From the human T2T-CHM13v2.0 reference genome, Homo sapiens, in assembly GCF_009914755.1 (NCBI RefSeq), contig NC_060939.1: 64,000 nt of DNA; one strand, given 5' to 3'. A model generated the notes under the pieces. That model was not told where the DNA came from. It saw only the letters and a program-made list of their open reading frames with translations, and made no database searches. The position numbers were made by a program, and so were the translations under genes. Below are positions 24,261 through 37,138 of the stretch, piece after piece (the stretch's first letter is position 1; the number at the start of each line of letters is the position of its first letter).

Positions 24261-25097
24261 TCATCACAACGATGCTCTCAATCTGGAGTACACACATCAA
24301 GAGATGGGCAGACCCTTCAGGAGAGGTTTAATGCATCCAGTACACATCGTGGTCGCTCCGCACATGCTGGTACCCCCTGCTCCATTAGCAGAAATTGCTA
24401 ATTCTGAAGGTCTCCCCATTTAATGTAATCCACCTCTCCCTCATTTAATCACAAATACATTCACGCCCTTCCCAGCAGGAGACAACTGAATATCACGTTG
24501 TGGGCTGTTCTTCAGGTACGTTCAGGTGATATCCATTCCTCTTCTAGGTGCAGGTTCTCAAGGTCTACTAGCCTGTGGGCAATGGGAGATTGGTTAAACG
24601 AATTGAGACACACTCATATGGTAGATCATTAAAACTAAAGTTGCAGAAGATAATCATTATAAGAGAAAAAGCTTCTGGGATGTTGTTAAGGGGAAGAAGA
24701 TAATAAAACAATGTATACCATATAATTCCACTTCTGGGGAAAAAACATACATATGAGAAAAATCTGTAAGAAGGTACATTAAAATCCAGTAGTTACTTCT
24801 GGGGTGGTAGGATTATTGCTTATTCTACTCTTTCTCCTTTTCTTTAAATATGTTTTCTAGATCAGACAAAAATAATGTTACTTTTGAAATACTGAAAATA
24901 TTATTTTTCCTCTAAAAATTATAGATGTCTTATGAGGAGTATGTTTGTGGCTACATTAGTCAATTAATGATTGCTTGACCACTAGTTGGAGAAATCAGGA
25001 ATGAGACTTTAAGTGGAGCTCGTATGTTAACAGTGGCGGCTTCAGAGCCTGGAAGATTTAGGAAAGGACTAGTCTGGGTAAAAGGAGAAGGTTTAGA

Positions 25098-25345
25098 CCT
25101 ATGCTGTTCAAGACAGAGGCCACTAGCCACATGTGACCACTGAGCACTTGAAATATGGCTAGTTCAAATTGAGATGTGCTTTAAGTGTAAAAAAAAAAAT
25201 AAGATTTCAAAGATTTAGTATTAAAAATATTTTAAAATCCTCAAAAATTTTTAATATTACATCTTGAAATAATTATATTTTGTATATATTGGGTAAATAA
25301 AATATAATATTAAAAATGATTCACATCTTTGTTTTGTACCGTGCT
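25098..25345. mobile_element. MER3/MER33-like hAT-Charlie MITE
   Basis: gccactagccacatgtgaccactgagcacttgaaatatggctagt...gagatgtgctttaagtgtaaaa. Confidence 0.75.
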
Positions 25346-27432
25346 GATTTAGATACTTGTCAGGAAATGTAAGTTCTCTGAAACACCCCCCAAAGGGAAA
25401 AGAATATGAAAAAGCATTTGCCTCACAGGAAACCTGCCAACCTTTCTGTTTTACTTGGTGCTTTAGTAGGACAACCACTGGAAAGGGCAGTTTGTTGTCA
25501 AATGAGCATGTCAAATGAACTCCAACCACTGCAAGGCAAAATGAAACCCACGCTACCTAAAAGGTGTAGATATCAGTCCATGTAATTGAAATCTGTCGAC
25601 TTGGGGGTAAGTTAAAGAAACACCGTGTTGTTGTAGAAGGCCATTGACATCTTCTCCTGGTAAAACCCCCAGAGGGTGCTGTCTTAAGGTGTTGGACAGA
25701 AACTGCCCCATGGCATCTACACACTGGATGTTGATTTGAGTTAAACTGAGCATTTGACAGAAGGATTCTGACCCATTCCCTGGAGTGATTTGGGAAGGTA
25801 TTTATAAAAAGGAATGATGTGCTCCAGTGATTTACAATAATGGCATATATTGTTTTGTCTTTGGTTTGTTTCTTGATTGTAAATATTGGTCAGTGTCCAA
25901 AATTAAGATGCAATCACTGGTTACCCCAACCTGGGATGTTTATTTGGAAAAACACAAAGTGGTTTAAAATTCATACAAATCACTCTAAACCTGGGTACAC
26001 TCTTTTTCTTTAAATCTTAGATTCTGCTGTCAGATCAAGAGAAAAAGGGAAAGCTTTCATATTGCTCAAAATGATTTTTTAAAATTTCCTTCATTTCTTA
26101 CTTCCTTCTCAACTCTTTTCCACTCTAAAACATTCTCAACTCCCTAACTCATTAAGATATTTTATTCATAAAGAGAACTTAAATTAAGATTTAAATAAAT
26201 ATTTATTAAACTGTTTTCCAGATTTACAAAATCCAGCTGGGTAACTCATTGAAAATAAGTACTGTGTAATCTGTTGTCTAGTAAAAAGGGTTTGAACAGG
26301 ATGTTTAGGCCACATCTCAGCTCCATCATTCCTTCTGGTATCCTGGCATCACTGGGTAAGTTCACAGTTTAAGGAAGGAATCTGAGGTGGTAGAACCAGG
26401 TGTGCTGGAGAGGCAGCCTAGGTCAGTGGCTAAGAGTGAAATTCTGGCTTCACCACTTTCTAGCTCTTACAACCTTAGGAAGGTTATGTAATTTCATATT
26501 ATTATTATTATTAAAGCCTTATGATATAGTTATTATTATTATCTCCATTTTAAAGATGAGAAAACACAGAGCACAAAACCATAAAGACTGTGTCTGGGAT
26601 GCAGTAAGTGTTATGTAAGGGTGTTAAGCAAGTAAGCATACAAAATGCAGGACCAAAAGAAGCAACACCAGCCCCCAAACTACACCATGTGAATTTCCAA
26701 AGAACCAAGTGTTCACACTACATCAAAACGAGCCTGTTGAATCTTTTGGACTCTGAGAAATAAAGCATAGTTATTATCAAATTAAGATTTAAATTCAATT
26801 CCTCAGCTGCGTCTTGATCACTGGATACCACTTTAATAATCACATTATTAAAGAAAGTTCCAAGTTTGGGGTGGAATACTGCAGATGAGGAAAGTAGAAA
26901 TTACTGCTATATTATGATCTACACTTTGTCTTAATATGATCTGGCCCATATAAAAATGCTCCAGAACAGTTGCAAAATATGGATATTTTTCTTTGAAAAC
27001 CAGCCTTTTGTCTTTATAACTTACAAAGCCATTTTTCCCAGTCCACAAAGCTATTTGGTCACAAATTTAAGAAACCAGTGATTCCTGAGATATATGTGCT
27101 TTCACACTTCAGGAAATAATTTCAAAATGATTTTGGCAGTCTACCCATTTTTATAAAGATAAAAAACTAAAATATTATTTTGTCTTAGAAATAAGTATTA
27201 ATAGAGACATTATTATATCTTTGCCCCTAGAGCTTTAGAAGCAAAGATTTGTCTTTCTCTTCCTCTCTCTCTCACTCTTCCCTATTTCCTCCTTCCTGGT
27301 GAGTCTTACTTCTGTATACTAGAGTAATTATATCTATTTTTTTGAATGCTTTTGTATGTATATTATAAAGTGTTTCCTTTCTTGTTCTCAATTCAAATGG
27401 AATACTGAACTGTGCTCTCTGTATACTAAGTT

Positions 27433-27621
27433 AACTGGGGCCTGTCGGGGGGGTGGGGGGAGGGGGGAGGGATAGCATTAGGAGGAAAACCTAATGTAAA
27501 TGATGAGTTAATGGGTCCAGCAAACCAACATGGCACATGTATACATATGTAACAAACCTGCACGTTGTGCACATGTACCCTAGAACTTAAAGTATAATAA
27601 AAAAAAAAATTTAAAAAAAAA
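27433..27621 (+). mobile_element. 5'-truncated young L1PA (about L1PA4-5) 3' end with poly(A)
   Basis: ggggcctgtcggggggg...gggatagcattagg...gcacatgtaccctagaacttaaagtataataaaaaa. Confidence 0.92.
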
Positions 27622-27898
27622 TTTTGCCCAGCTCGTTTTTTTTCTTTAACTAGAATACTAAAGAGATACAATGATCTATTTTAAACAAAGCTATTTGTCT
27701 TAGTATTTTTTAAAATAGTACAAGGTGGAAAACAAGCTCAGGGTCTATCCCTATCAGAATAGTCAAACAACCAGAGTTCATGCATACTCTAGTATAATCT
27801 GCATCTGCTTAAAAATTTGAAGTCACATATACTAATTTTAAAAAGCCAATTCCGACACATTTTAAGAGGGAAACGATGCAGATTTTCCGCTCTAGCTC

Positions 27899-28289
27899 TG
27901 CTATGGTTTGATTCTTTGTCTCTTCCAAAACTCATGTTGAAATTTTATCCCCAGTGTGGCAGTATTGAGAGGTTAGGCCTTTAAGAGGTGATTGGATTGT
28001 GAGGGTTCTGACACGAATAGATTGATCCATTTGTGGATTAATGGGCTATCACAGGAGTGGAAAGAGAGGAAGAGAGATCTGAGCTAGCACACTTAGAAAG
28101 CTTGCCATGTGATACCCTGTGCCACCTTGGAACTCTATAGAGAATCCCCACCAGCAAGAAGGCCCTCACTAGATGCAGACCCTCGACCCTGGACCTCTCT
28201 CAGCCTCCTTAACTGTAAGAAATATATTCTTTTCTTTATAAATTACCCAGTTTCGGGTATTTTGTTGTAAGCAACAGAAAACTAAGACA
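27899..28289 (+). mobile_element. MSTB-like MaLR solo LTR
   Basis: TG...CA termini (tgctatggtttg / aactaagaca). Perfect 5-bp TSD agctc at 27894-27898 and 28290-28294. Confidence 0.9.
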
Positions 28290-30960
28290 AGCTCTCTTTA
28301 TATATGTGTGTATATATATATTTTTTTTCTGTGTAGCAAAATCCCATTTATGTTTTTTCTCAATGAATAGAAGGCCTGAGAAGAGTTAACCTTTCTGAAG
28401 ATACAGCTATGAGTGTGCCAGTAGTAATGGGATAACCTTTTACTCTGTATTGCCAGAATCTTTCAAAAGGACAAATTCATGTATATTTTGTATTATTATT
28501 TCTTAAGTCTGTGGTCTGCAACAGAGAATAAAAAGCTGTTTCATATCTTCTGTGTGTGCAAGGAACACAGCAGGATTCTGAAGAGGAAGTTTGCCATTCT
28601 CTGCTTGTCAAGGCTCCTCTCCAAGCCCATGATCACCCTTCCTTTTTAGCAGCATTCTGAAGACCCCTGCTGGGATGGTCTACCGTGGAGAGAGCACCGT
28701 CCACCATTCCAAATTTATTGCTGCCTTTCGTCTATCAGAATTTATCTGCCCCATTCCCTTTTTGTTTGCCTTGCTTTCTTCCCCAAAAGGTGAAAGTTGA
28801 TACTAATTAAGTGCTATCTCCAAAGGCCTCTAAAAATAGAGCATAAAGCAATAAATAACATCATACAAGAATAAATCAACAGAGTTGATAAGTCATTTTC
28901 TGCTAAGAAATATGAACTGGCTCAATGTACATAAAAATTAGATGTAAGAGTATCTGTTTTGGGTTGCTTCAGGTGTGAGATAGGGATGATGCTCCAGTAG
29001 CCAATACCACCCCAAAAACACAGGTATGAAAGATCTCTCCATACTTTTTCTCTACTGTGCTGACAGTCCCTTTAGACTTACTTGTATATCAAGGTGTTTT
29101 AAAGACAGTATATTCTTGAAGTGGCCAAGCCACAGGGTTGGGAAGACATGAAGCATTTGCTCCTGAGATGACTGGAAGGTCCAGAACTCTGAGTGTAGGC
29201 AAGACCACTAACATCTTTGGCTCATGAGAGGCAGCCAGTCCTGGCAAGTCACTTCATATGTGGGTAGAGGTTGCATCTCTGGTCCAGCGGAGCCCCTAGT
29301 GCCAACTCCTCAGATGCACTGTCCTTCCTCCTCACTCTATCACACTCCTTCGTCATCCTTCCTGTAAGCTTGACACCTACCGAACTACCCTTTTAATGTC
29401 ACACTGTCCCAAGATTTACCCTCAAGAAATAACGCCAGAAAGTCCACAGTTGGAATTTCTTTCTTTTGGGCTAGGAACTAATGGCCTTCCTGAAGGAGAG
29501 CTAAATACAGGAATGTAGAGGTCAACACTGTAAGGAAAGGCATAAAAATGAAAAAGTAAATGTCCCTATTTCATCAATAAGTGGAATGCAATCCTCAGGA
29601 AGATTTCTGACAGGCCCTAAGGCAGCCACCCTAACAGAGGGAGGAATGTCTCAAAGGAGGCAGGTTGAGAACTCAGACTCTATAGATCAGCCAGAGATTA
29701 TAGAAATGTAAAGATAATACTGGTTATTTCTTACCCCAAACAAGGGAAATCTGCAATCCTCATCTCCACCCCCATACCTAAGACTACATTTCCGACGACC
29801 ACAGAAACTTTTCCTTAGTTATCTGCTAAGGAAGTTAACAATTGTAGTTGGCCTCAGTAGCTGGGCTGAGCTAGGTTAGTGGATTCAGGAGGTAAGAACA
29901 AGGATTGAGGCAATTGGTCCATAGCAAAATGGAAAAAAAATAACTTTTCTATAAAAGTAATTCTATTTTAGAAAAAATAATCTCAAAACTGTTCCATTCC
30001 TAAAATGGAACCACAAAAGTCACCAGAGAGAAAAAGCAATCCTGAGCCAAAAGAACAAAACTGGAAGCATCACATTACCTGATCTCAAATTATACGACAA
30101 GGCTACAGTAACCAAAACAGCATGGTACTGACATAAAAATAGGCTCATAGACGAATGGAACAGAATAGAGAACCCAGAAATAAATCTACACACTTACAGC
30201 CAATTCGTTTTCAACAAGGGCACCAAGAACATACACTGGGGAAAGGACAGTCTCTTTAATAACTTGTGCCAGGAAAACTGGATATATACGCAGAAGAATG
30301 AAACTAGACCCCCATCTTTCACCATATACAAATTTAAACTCAAAATAGATCAAATCCCCATGCTCATTGCAGCACTGATTTGGAATAGTCAATATTTGGA
30401 ATCAATCTAGGTATCTAACAAAAAATGAATGGATAAAGAAAATGTGGTATATATGCACAATGGCATACTATCCAGTCATAAAAAAGAATGAAATCCTGTC
30501 ATTCACAGCAACATGGATGGAACTGAAGGACATATTAAGAAATAAACCAGAAACAGAAAGTTAAACACCACCTGTTCTTATTCATATATGGAAGCTAAAA
30601 AATGTTGCTCACACAGATATAAAAAGTAGAACAGAAAACACTAGAGGCTGAGTAGGATAGGAGGAAGAAAAGGATAGGGAAAGATTTGTTAAAGGATACA
30701 AAATGATAGCTAGATAGGAGGAATAACTTCTAGTGTTCTACATCACTGTAGAATGACTACAGTTAACAATAACATATAGTTTCTAATAGCTAGAGGAAGG
30801 AAGTTAAGTGTTTCCAACACGAAGAAATTATAAATGTTTTTGAGACGTTAGATATGCTAATTACCCTGATCTGTTCACTATACATTATATGCATAGAAAC
30901 ATCACTACGTACCCCATAAATAAATGCAATTATTTTATGTCAACTGAAATAATAAAAAGA

Positions 30961-31140
30961 GGCAAGGCATGGTGGCTCACACCTGTAGAGATGAGGTCAC
31001 ACCTCTTTTGTAGAGATGAGGTCTCCTGTGTTGCCCAGGCTGGTCTCAAACTCCTGGCCTCAAGTGGTCTGCCTGCCTTGGCCTCCGTGGGAGGCCTCAT
31101 CTCTACAAAACATTAAAAATGATAATAATAAAAAAGAAAA
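30961..31140. mobile_element. Rearranged Alu monomer (FLAM/AluJ left arm) with internal inversion
   Basis: Sense 5' end at 30961-30987, antisense body at 31006-31086, sense 3' end and A-rich tail from about 31088. Confidence 0.8.
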
Positions 31141-31428
31141 GAAAACTGAATTGGATCAAAGGCTTAAATGTAAGATATGAAACCATCAAAAGAAAACATT
31201 GGGAAAATGCTGTGGGAAATTGGTCTGGGTAAAGACTTTTTGGGTAAAACCTCAAAAGCACAGGCAACAAAAGCAAAAATAGACAAATGGGATTACATAA
31301 AGCTAAGAAGCTTCTGCATAATAAAGGAAACAATCAACAAAGTGAAGAGACAGCCTAAAGAATGGGGAAAATATTTGCAAACTCTCCATCTGAAAAGAAA
31401 TTAATAATAAGAATATATAGGAAACTCA

Positions 31429-31818
<390 letters not shown>

Positions 31819-33248
31819 TCACCAACAGGTATGTGAAAAAATGCTCAACATCATTAATACACAGGGAAATGCAAATCAAAACCACAATGAGATATTATCT
31901 CACCCCAGTTAGAATGGCTACTACCAAAAACACAAAAAATAACAAATGCTGGTACGACATGGAGAAAGGGGAATGCTCTTATGGTGTTGGTCGGTATGTG
32001 AAGTAGAACAGCTGTATGGAAAACAGTATGGAAGTTCCTTAAAAAACTAAAACTAAAACTACCATGTGATCCAGCAATCCCAATGCTGGGTATATACCCT
32101 ACAAAAAGGAAATCAGTGTATCGAAGAGATATCTGCACTCCCGTGTTCTTTGCAGTGCTATTCACAATAGCCAAGATTTGGAAGCAACATAAGTGTCCAT
32201 CAATGGATGAAGAAAATGTGGTATATATACACAATGGAATGCTATTCACCCATTAAAAAAGAATGAAATCCTGTCATTTGCGGCAACATGGATAAAACTG
32301 GAGGTCATCATGTTAAGTGAAATAAGTCTGGCATAGAAAAACAAATATCAAATGTTCTCACTCTTATGTGGCAGCTAAAAAAAAAAAATGGATCTCATGT
32401 ACGTAGAAAGTAGGATGGTGGCTTCCAGAAGCTGGGAAAGGAACGGACAGGGGTAAAGAGAAATTGGTTAGGGGGATGCAAAAATACAGTTAGATAGGAG
32501 TAAGTTCTAGTATTTAATAGTACAGTAGAGAAACTATAGTTAACAATAGTTTATTGTATGTTTCAAGTTTGCCAGAAGATAATTTGAATGTTCCCAACAC
32601 AAAAAATAGATAAATATTTGAGGTGATGGATATCCCAATAACCCTGATTTGATCACTACACACTGTATACTGGTATCAAAATATCACATGTACCCCAAAA
32701 CATGTATAACTATTATATATATATAAAATTATAAAGAGAAAAAACATATTAACTATTTTAGAAAAATTACCACATTTTTTAAAGAGTAATTCTATTTAAT
32801 TCAAAGCACAGTCCTGTACTCTAAAATTCTGCCCTTCCTACATTTTTGCTTTGTAAATGTCCCCTTTGGAAACATCCAGCCCCAACCATGGCCTACTTCC
32901 CAAACCTAAATCTGGACAGAGGGTAATCCTTGGCCTTCCTCTGATGGCTCAACTGCCAGAAACTTCCTTCATTTGAACCCATCCAAATGCTGTGGAAGGA
33001 TGTGGACTTCTCCTAGGACCACATAAGACCACCCAACAGTCCTCCTGGGGCTTCTTCCATAGGCAATGAAACCCAGGACCTTGGTCCCAACCCAATTCCA
33101 CTTAAAGAGTTACACTCTCAGCTTTGTATGAAACTGTCTCTTCCTCTGGAACAGGAATCTTATCTGTGATGCAAATTAGGCACATGAAAATGTTTCTTTC
33201 AACTTCCTTTCTGTCACTTTAAGAGGATTTCTAGTTATACACAATTTT

Positions 33249-33412
33249 TCTTTCTTCCCTTCCTTCTTTCCTTCCTCCCCTCCCTCTCTTCTTTCTCTTT
33301 CTTCCTTTCGTTCTCTTTCCTTTCTTTTCTTTCTCTCCTTCTCCCTTTCTTCCTTTCTCCCTTCCCTCCTTCCTTCCTTTCTTTCTATCATCCTCTTTCT
33401 CTTTTCTTTCAT
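33249..33412. repeat. Compound (CTTT/CCTT/CT) polypyrimidine microsatellite
   Basis: About 165 bp of almost pure C/T, sitting at the tail position of the adjacent Alu. Confidence 0.9.
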
Positions 33413-33699
33413 TCACAAGGTCTTGCTCTGTCTCCCAGGCTGAAGTTCAGTGGTGGAATCATAGCTCACTGTACCTCAAATTCCTGGACTCAGGTGATCC
33501 TCCCACCTCAGCCTCCCTAGTAGCTGGGACTACAGGCATGCACTACCATACCTGGCTAATTAAAAAAAAAAAAAAATGTTGTAGAAACAGGGGTTTCATT
33601 TTGTGCCCAGGCAGGTCTCAAACTCCTGACTTCAAGCAATCCTCCCGCCTTGGCCTTCCAAAGTGTTGGGATTACAGATGTGAGCCACCACACCTGGCC
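33413..33699 (-). mobile_element. AluJ
   Basis: Full dimer. TSD tt(a/t)tacacaatttt at 33235-33248 and 33700-33713 encloses both the Alu and the microsatellite. Confidence 0.92.
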
Positions 33700-35109
33700 T
33701 TTTACACAATTTTCTCAAATTTTCTTCCCCCTTTATTTTATCTCTGTGTGGCAAAAAAGAGGAGCAAGTGCCAAGAAAGAGACATAATCTGACCACCCTC
33801 AATTGTATGAACTGACTGAGGACAGAGGGAGGCAAAACTTCACCTGATCAATCCCTTGTTCTGTCTTTGGATATGGGCAGGAGGGATCAGAGGGCCCCCT
33901 GCCTAGTAAAACCCACTACCATCAATATGGTTGCCAGCACCTTGAAGATCTGAGTCCTCAGCCAACCTGGTTACCTCTTGACCCTTTGCCCTTGGCAGCT
34001 TATCAACCAGTAAGACAACCTGGGCTCAGCATGAGATCTTCAAGTCTCTTAGCCCTCCCCTTGTTCCTGCATAAATGAAAAAAACTTTGGGAAAAGTGTA
34101 CCCACCAACATAACCTTGTACTCAAGTCTTCATAGATTAGAATTATCTCTGCATTCTATTGTATTTTACTTGTGGCTCCTAGCCCTGCATATATTAGGCA
34201 TGCAATGGCTACAAAAAGAGAAAGAAAATAAGGAAGGAAGGAGAAAGAGAGGAAGTAAGATATAGTTTGGTGTTCATGGTCATCCTACAGATTTGAATCT
34301 GTGCCTTTCTCTCTCTGAGTCATTTATTCTTTTACTCTTTCACAGACCGTAATCTGTACCCAAGTTTGGCCTAGTACACCTGTCCACCTATTTCTGTGGC
34401 TGCATTTTTAAACTTTTTTCTTTTTTTCTTTCCAGCAGCTGCCTCAATTCTAGTTATTTGATGCTTCTCTCTGTGTGTCTAAGTCTTGTTCTGTCTCATC
34501 CAATATTTTATTTTTTTATGCTGTGAATCAGAAATCTGAGTGGCCAAGGGGCAATGCTGTGGCAACACAAGGGAAGAGCACCACTAACCACTTCCCCCAT
34601 GGGGCAGATAGAAGGAGTTAGTGCCTTCTTCCTGGCACCATCCAAGTCTCATCCTACCATAATTTCATTTTAGTTTTCTCCAGAGTCTCCCTTAAATTCT
34701 TCTAACTACCATCAATAAGCTAACAGCTTCAGGAGTACAGATCTTCACTCAGTGTGAACCCCAAGTGGTTTGTCCTTAGGAATGAAGTCTTACCCTACTG
34801 CAATTTCACTCTCAGTAGGCTTCTGGCTTATCACATCCTACAGATTTCTAATGCTATGTGCCTTAGTCTCCCCGCCCCTCCTTCTTTCTGTTTTCTAGTA
34901 ATCGAAAGTCAAGACTGCCTCCCAACATTTGATTACTCTGTGTTCTCCAAAGTCTATACTCCAAATATATCCTGCAAGTACAAAAGCCTCAAAAACTTCA
35001 TCCCTTTCTACTACCCCCTTTGTCCTTAGCTGGCTCCTTTAGGCACTACTTGCATGGGTACTGAGTGCTGACACGAAATCTGGAACTTCCTCGTGCCGTT
35101 CCGGGAAAG

Positions 35110-35560
35110 CCACCTGATGAAAATTGAGAACATTTGAAATATAATTCATTAGATTATAAGTGACCTATGACATGATTTTGTTTATTCTAGGAAGGCCTTG
35201 CCCAGGAACGATGTCTGTAAACCAATAAATAACTACATTGTTTGTTACTGGAAATTCCTCACAATCAACTTATTGGAGGCAACAGTCTACTTATCTGAGC
35301 AACAGGCATTTCAGACAACAGCTTACTTACAAAGACTTATTTGAAGACCCTGGCTTCTCTGTGTCCACCAATCCTGAACTATTCTGTGGCAAACTTAGCC
35401 CAGTCCCATCAGTTCCCTAAAATGAAAGCCCTAAAAATACCCAACTCCTGACTTTCTCCTCCTAAGACACTTGCTAACCTTGTCAAAGTAGAATTCTCCC
35501 CCACTGCAGCAAATTTTTTATAAATTTAGATTTTCCTAATAATGAGTTGTCTTGTGATAT
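35110..35560 (+). mobile_element. Old ERV1-type LTR fragment (family uncertain, MER90-like)
   Basis: LTR-like composition: ccaccaatcc, ctaagacac...attctcccccactgcagc...ataaatttag. Recognition is weak. Confidence 0.35.
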
Positions 35561-35780
35561 CATCAGTTCAATTCTAAGCAGCTCAGCTCTCAGTGGGAAA
35601 AAAACAAAAAACAAAAACTCTGTTGATTTGCTGACCAGCAATTGCTTGCCACAGGTTGGGGCTGGCAACTCTCTCCCTGCTTAACTACACCATGTCCAGC
35701 ATTTCGGTTGTCTTTACCCTGACTGCCCTGCACAGCCCTCAAGCAGAGCACACACAGCGTTTCTTGACAGCCCAGACTAC

Positions 35781-37138
35781 TGTGTCCCGAATTGGTGGGT
35801 TCTTGGTCTCCCCGACTTCAAGAATGAAGCCGCGGACCCTCGCAGTGAGTGTTACAGTTCTTAAAGGCGGCGGGTCCGGGGTTTCTTACTTCTGATGTTC
35901 GGATGTGCTCGGAGTTTCTTCCTTCTGGTGGGGCTCGTGGTCTGGCTGGCTCAGGAGTGAAGCTGCGGACCTTCGCAGTGAGTGTTACAGCTCATAAAGG
36001 CACTGTGGACCCAAAGAGTGAGCAGCAGCAGCAAGATTTATTGCAAAGAGCGAAAGAACAAAACTTCCACAGAGTGGAGGAAAACCCGAGTGGGTTGCCA
36101 CTGCTGGCTAGGGCAGCCTGCTTTTATTCTCTTATCTGGCCCCACCCACATCCTGCTGATTGGTAGAGCTGAGTGGTCTGTTTTGACAGGGCGCTGATTG
36201 GTGCGTCTACAATCCCTGAGCTAGACGCAAAGGTTCTCCACGTCCCCACTAGATTAGCTAGATACAGAGTGTGGATTGGTGTGTTTACAATTCCTGAGCT
36301 AGACATAAAAGTTCTGCAAGGCCCCACCAGAGTAGCTAGATACAGAGTGTGGATTGGTGCATTCACAAACCCTGAGCTAGACACAGGGTGCTGATTGGTG
36401 TGTTTGCAAACCTTGAGCTAGATACAGAGTGCCAATTGGTGCATTTACAATCCCTTAGCTAGACATAAAGGTTCTCCATGTCCCCACCAGACTCAGGAGC
36501 CCAGCTGGCTTCACCCAGTGGATCCTGCACCAGGGCTGCAGGTGGAGCTGCCTGCCAGTCCTGTGCTGTGCGCCCGCACTCCTCAGCCCTTGGGTAGTCA
36601 ATGGAACTGGGCACCGTGGAGCAGGGGTGGGCGTTCGTCGGGGAGGCTCGGGCCGCACAAGAGCCCACGGAAGCGGGGAGGCTCAGGCATGGCAGGCTGC
36701 AGGTCCCAAGCCTTGCCCCTGGGGGAGGCAGCTAAGGCCCGGCAGGAAATCGAGCACGGCGCCGGTGGGCCAGCACTGCTGGGGGACCCAGCACACCCTC
36801 TGCAGCCACTGGCTCTGGGTGCTAAGCCCCTCATTGCCCGGGGCGGCAGGGCCAGCGGGCTGCTCCGAGTGCGGGCCCGCCAAGCCCACGCCCACTGGGA
36901 ACTCTAGCTGGCCCGCAAGCGCTGCGCGCAGCCCCGGTTCCCGCTTGCGCCTCTCCCTCCACACCTCTCTGCAAGCTGAGGGAGCTGGCTCCGGCCTTGG
37001 CCAGCCCAGAAAGGGGCTCCCACAGTACAGCAGCGGGCTGAAGAGCTCCTCAAGTGCCGCCAAAGTGGGAGTCCAGACAGAGGAGGCGCCAAGAGCGAGC
37101 GAGGCCTGCAAGGGCTGCCAGCATGCTGTCACCTCTCA
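35781..37138 (-). mobile_element. LTR12C (HERV9) full-length solo LTR
   Basis: The minus strand starts TGAGAGGTGACAGCATGCTGGCAGC and ends ...AATTCGGGACACA. It has a CpG-rich U3 and tandem CCAAT/GATA repeats. Perfect 4-bp TSD ctac at 35777-35780 and 37139-37142. Confidence 0.96.

Noticed and set aside
33176-33416. Lys/Glu/Arg-rich ORFs
   Set aside because: Translation of the purine microsatellite.
36150-36480. Regularly spaced repeats resembling a CRISPR-like array (also 57790-57985)
   Set aside because: These are the native tandem CCAAT/GATA enhancer repeats of LTR12. They have no unique spacers and the context is eukaryotic.
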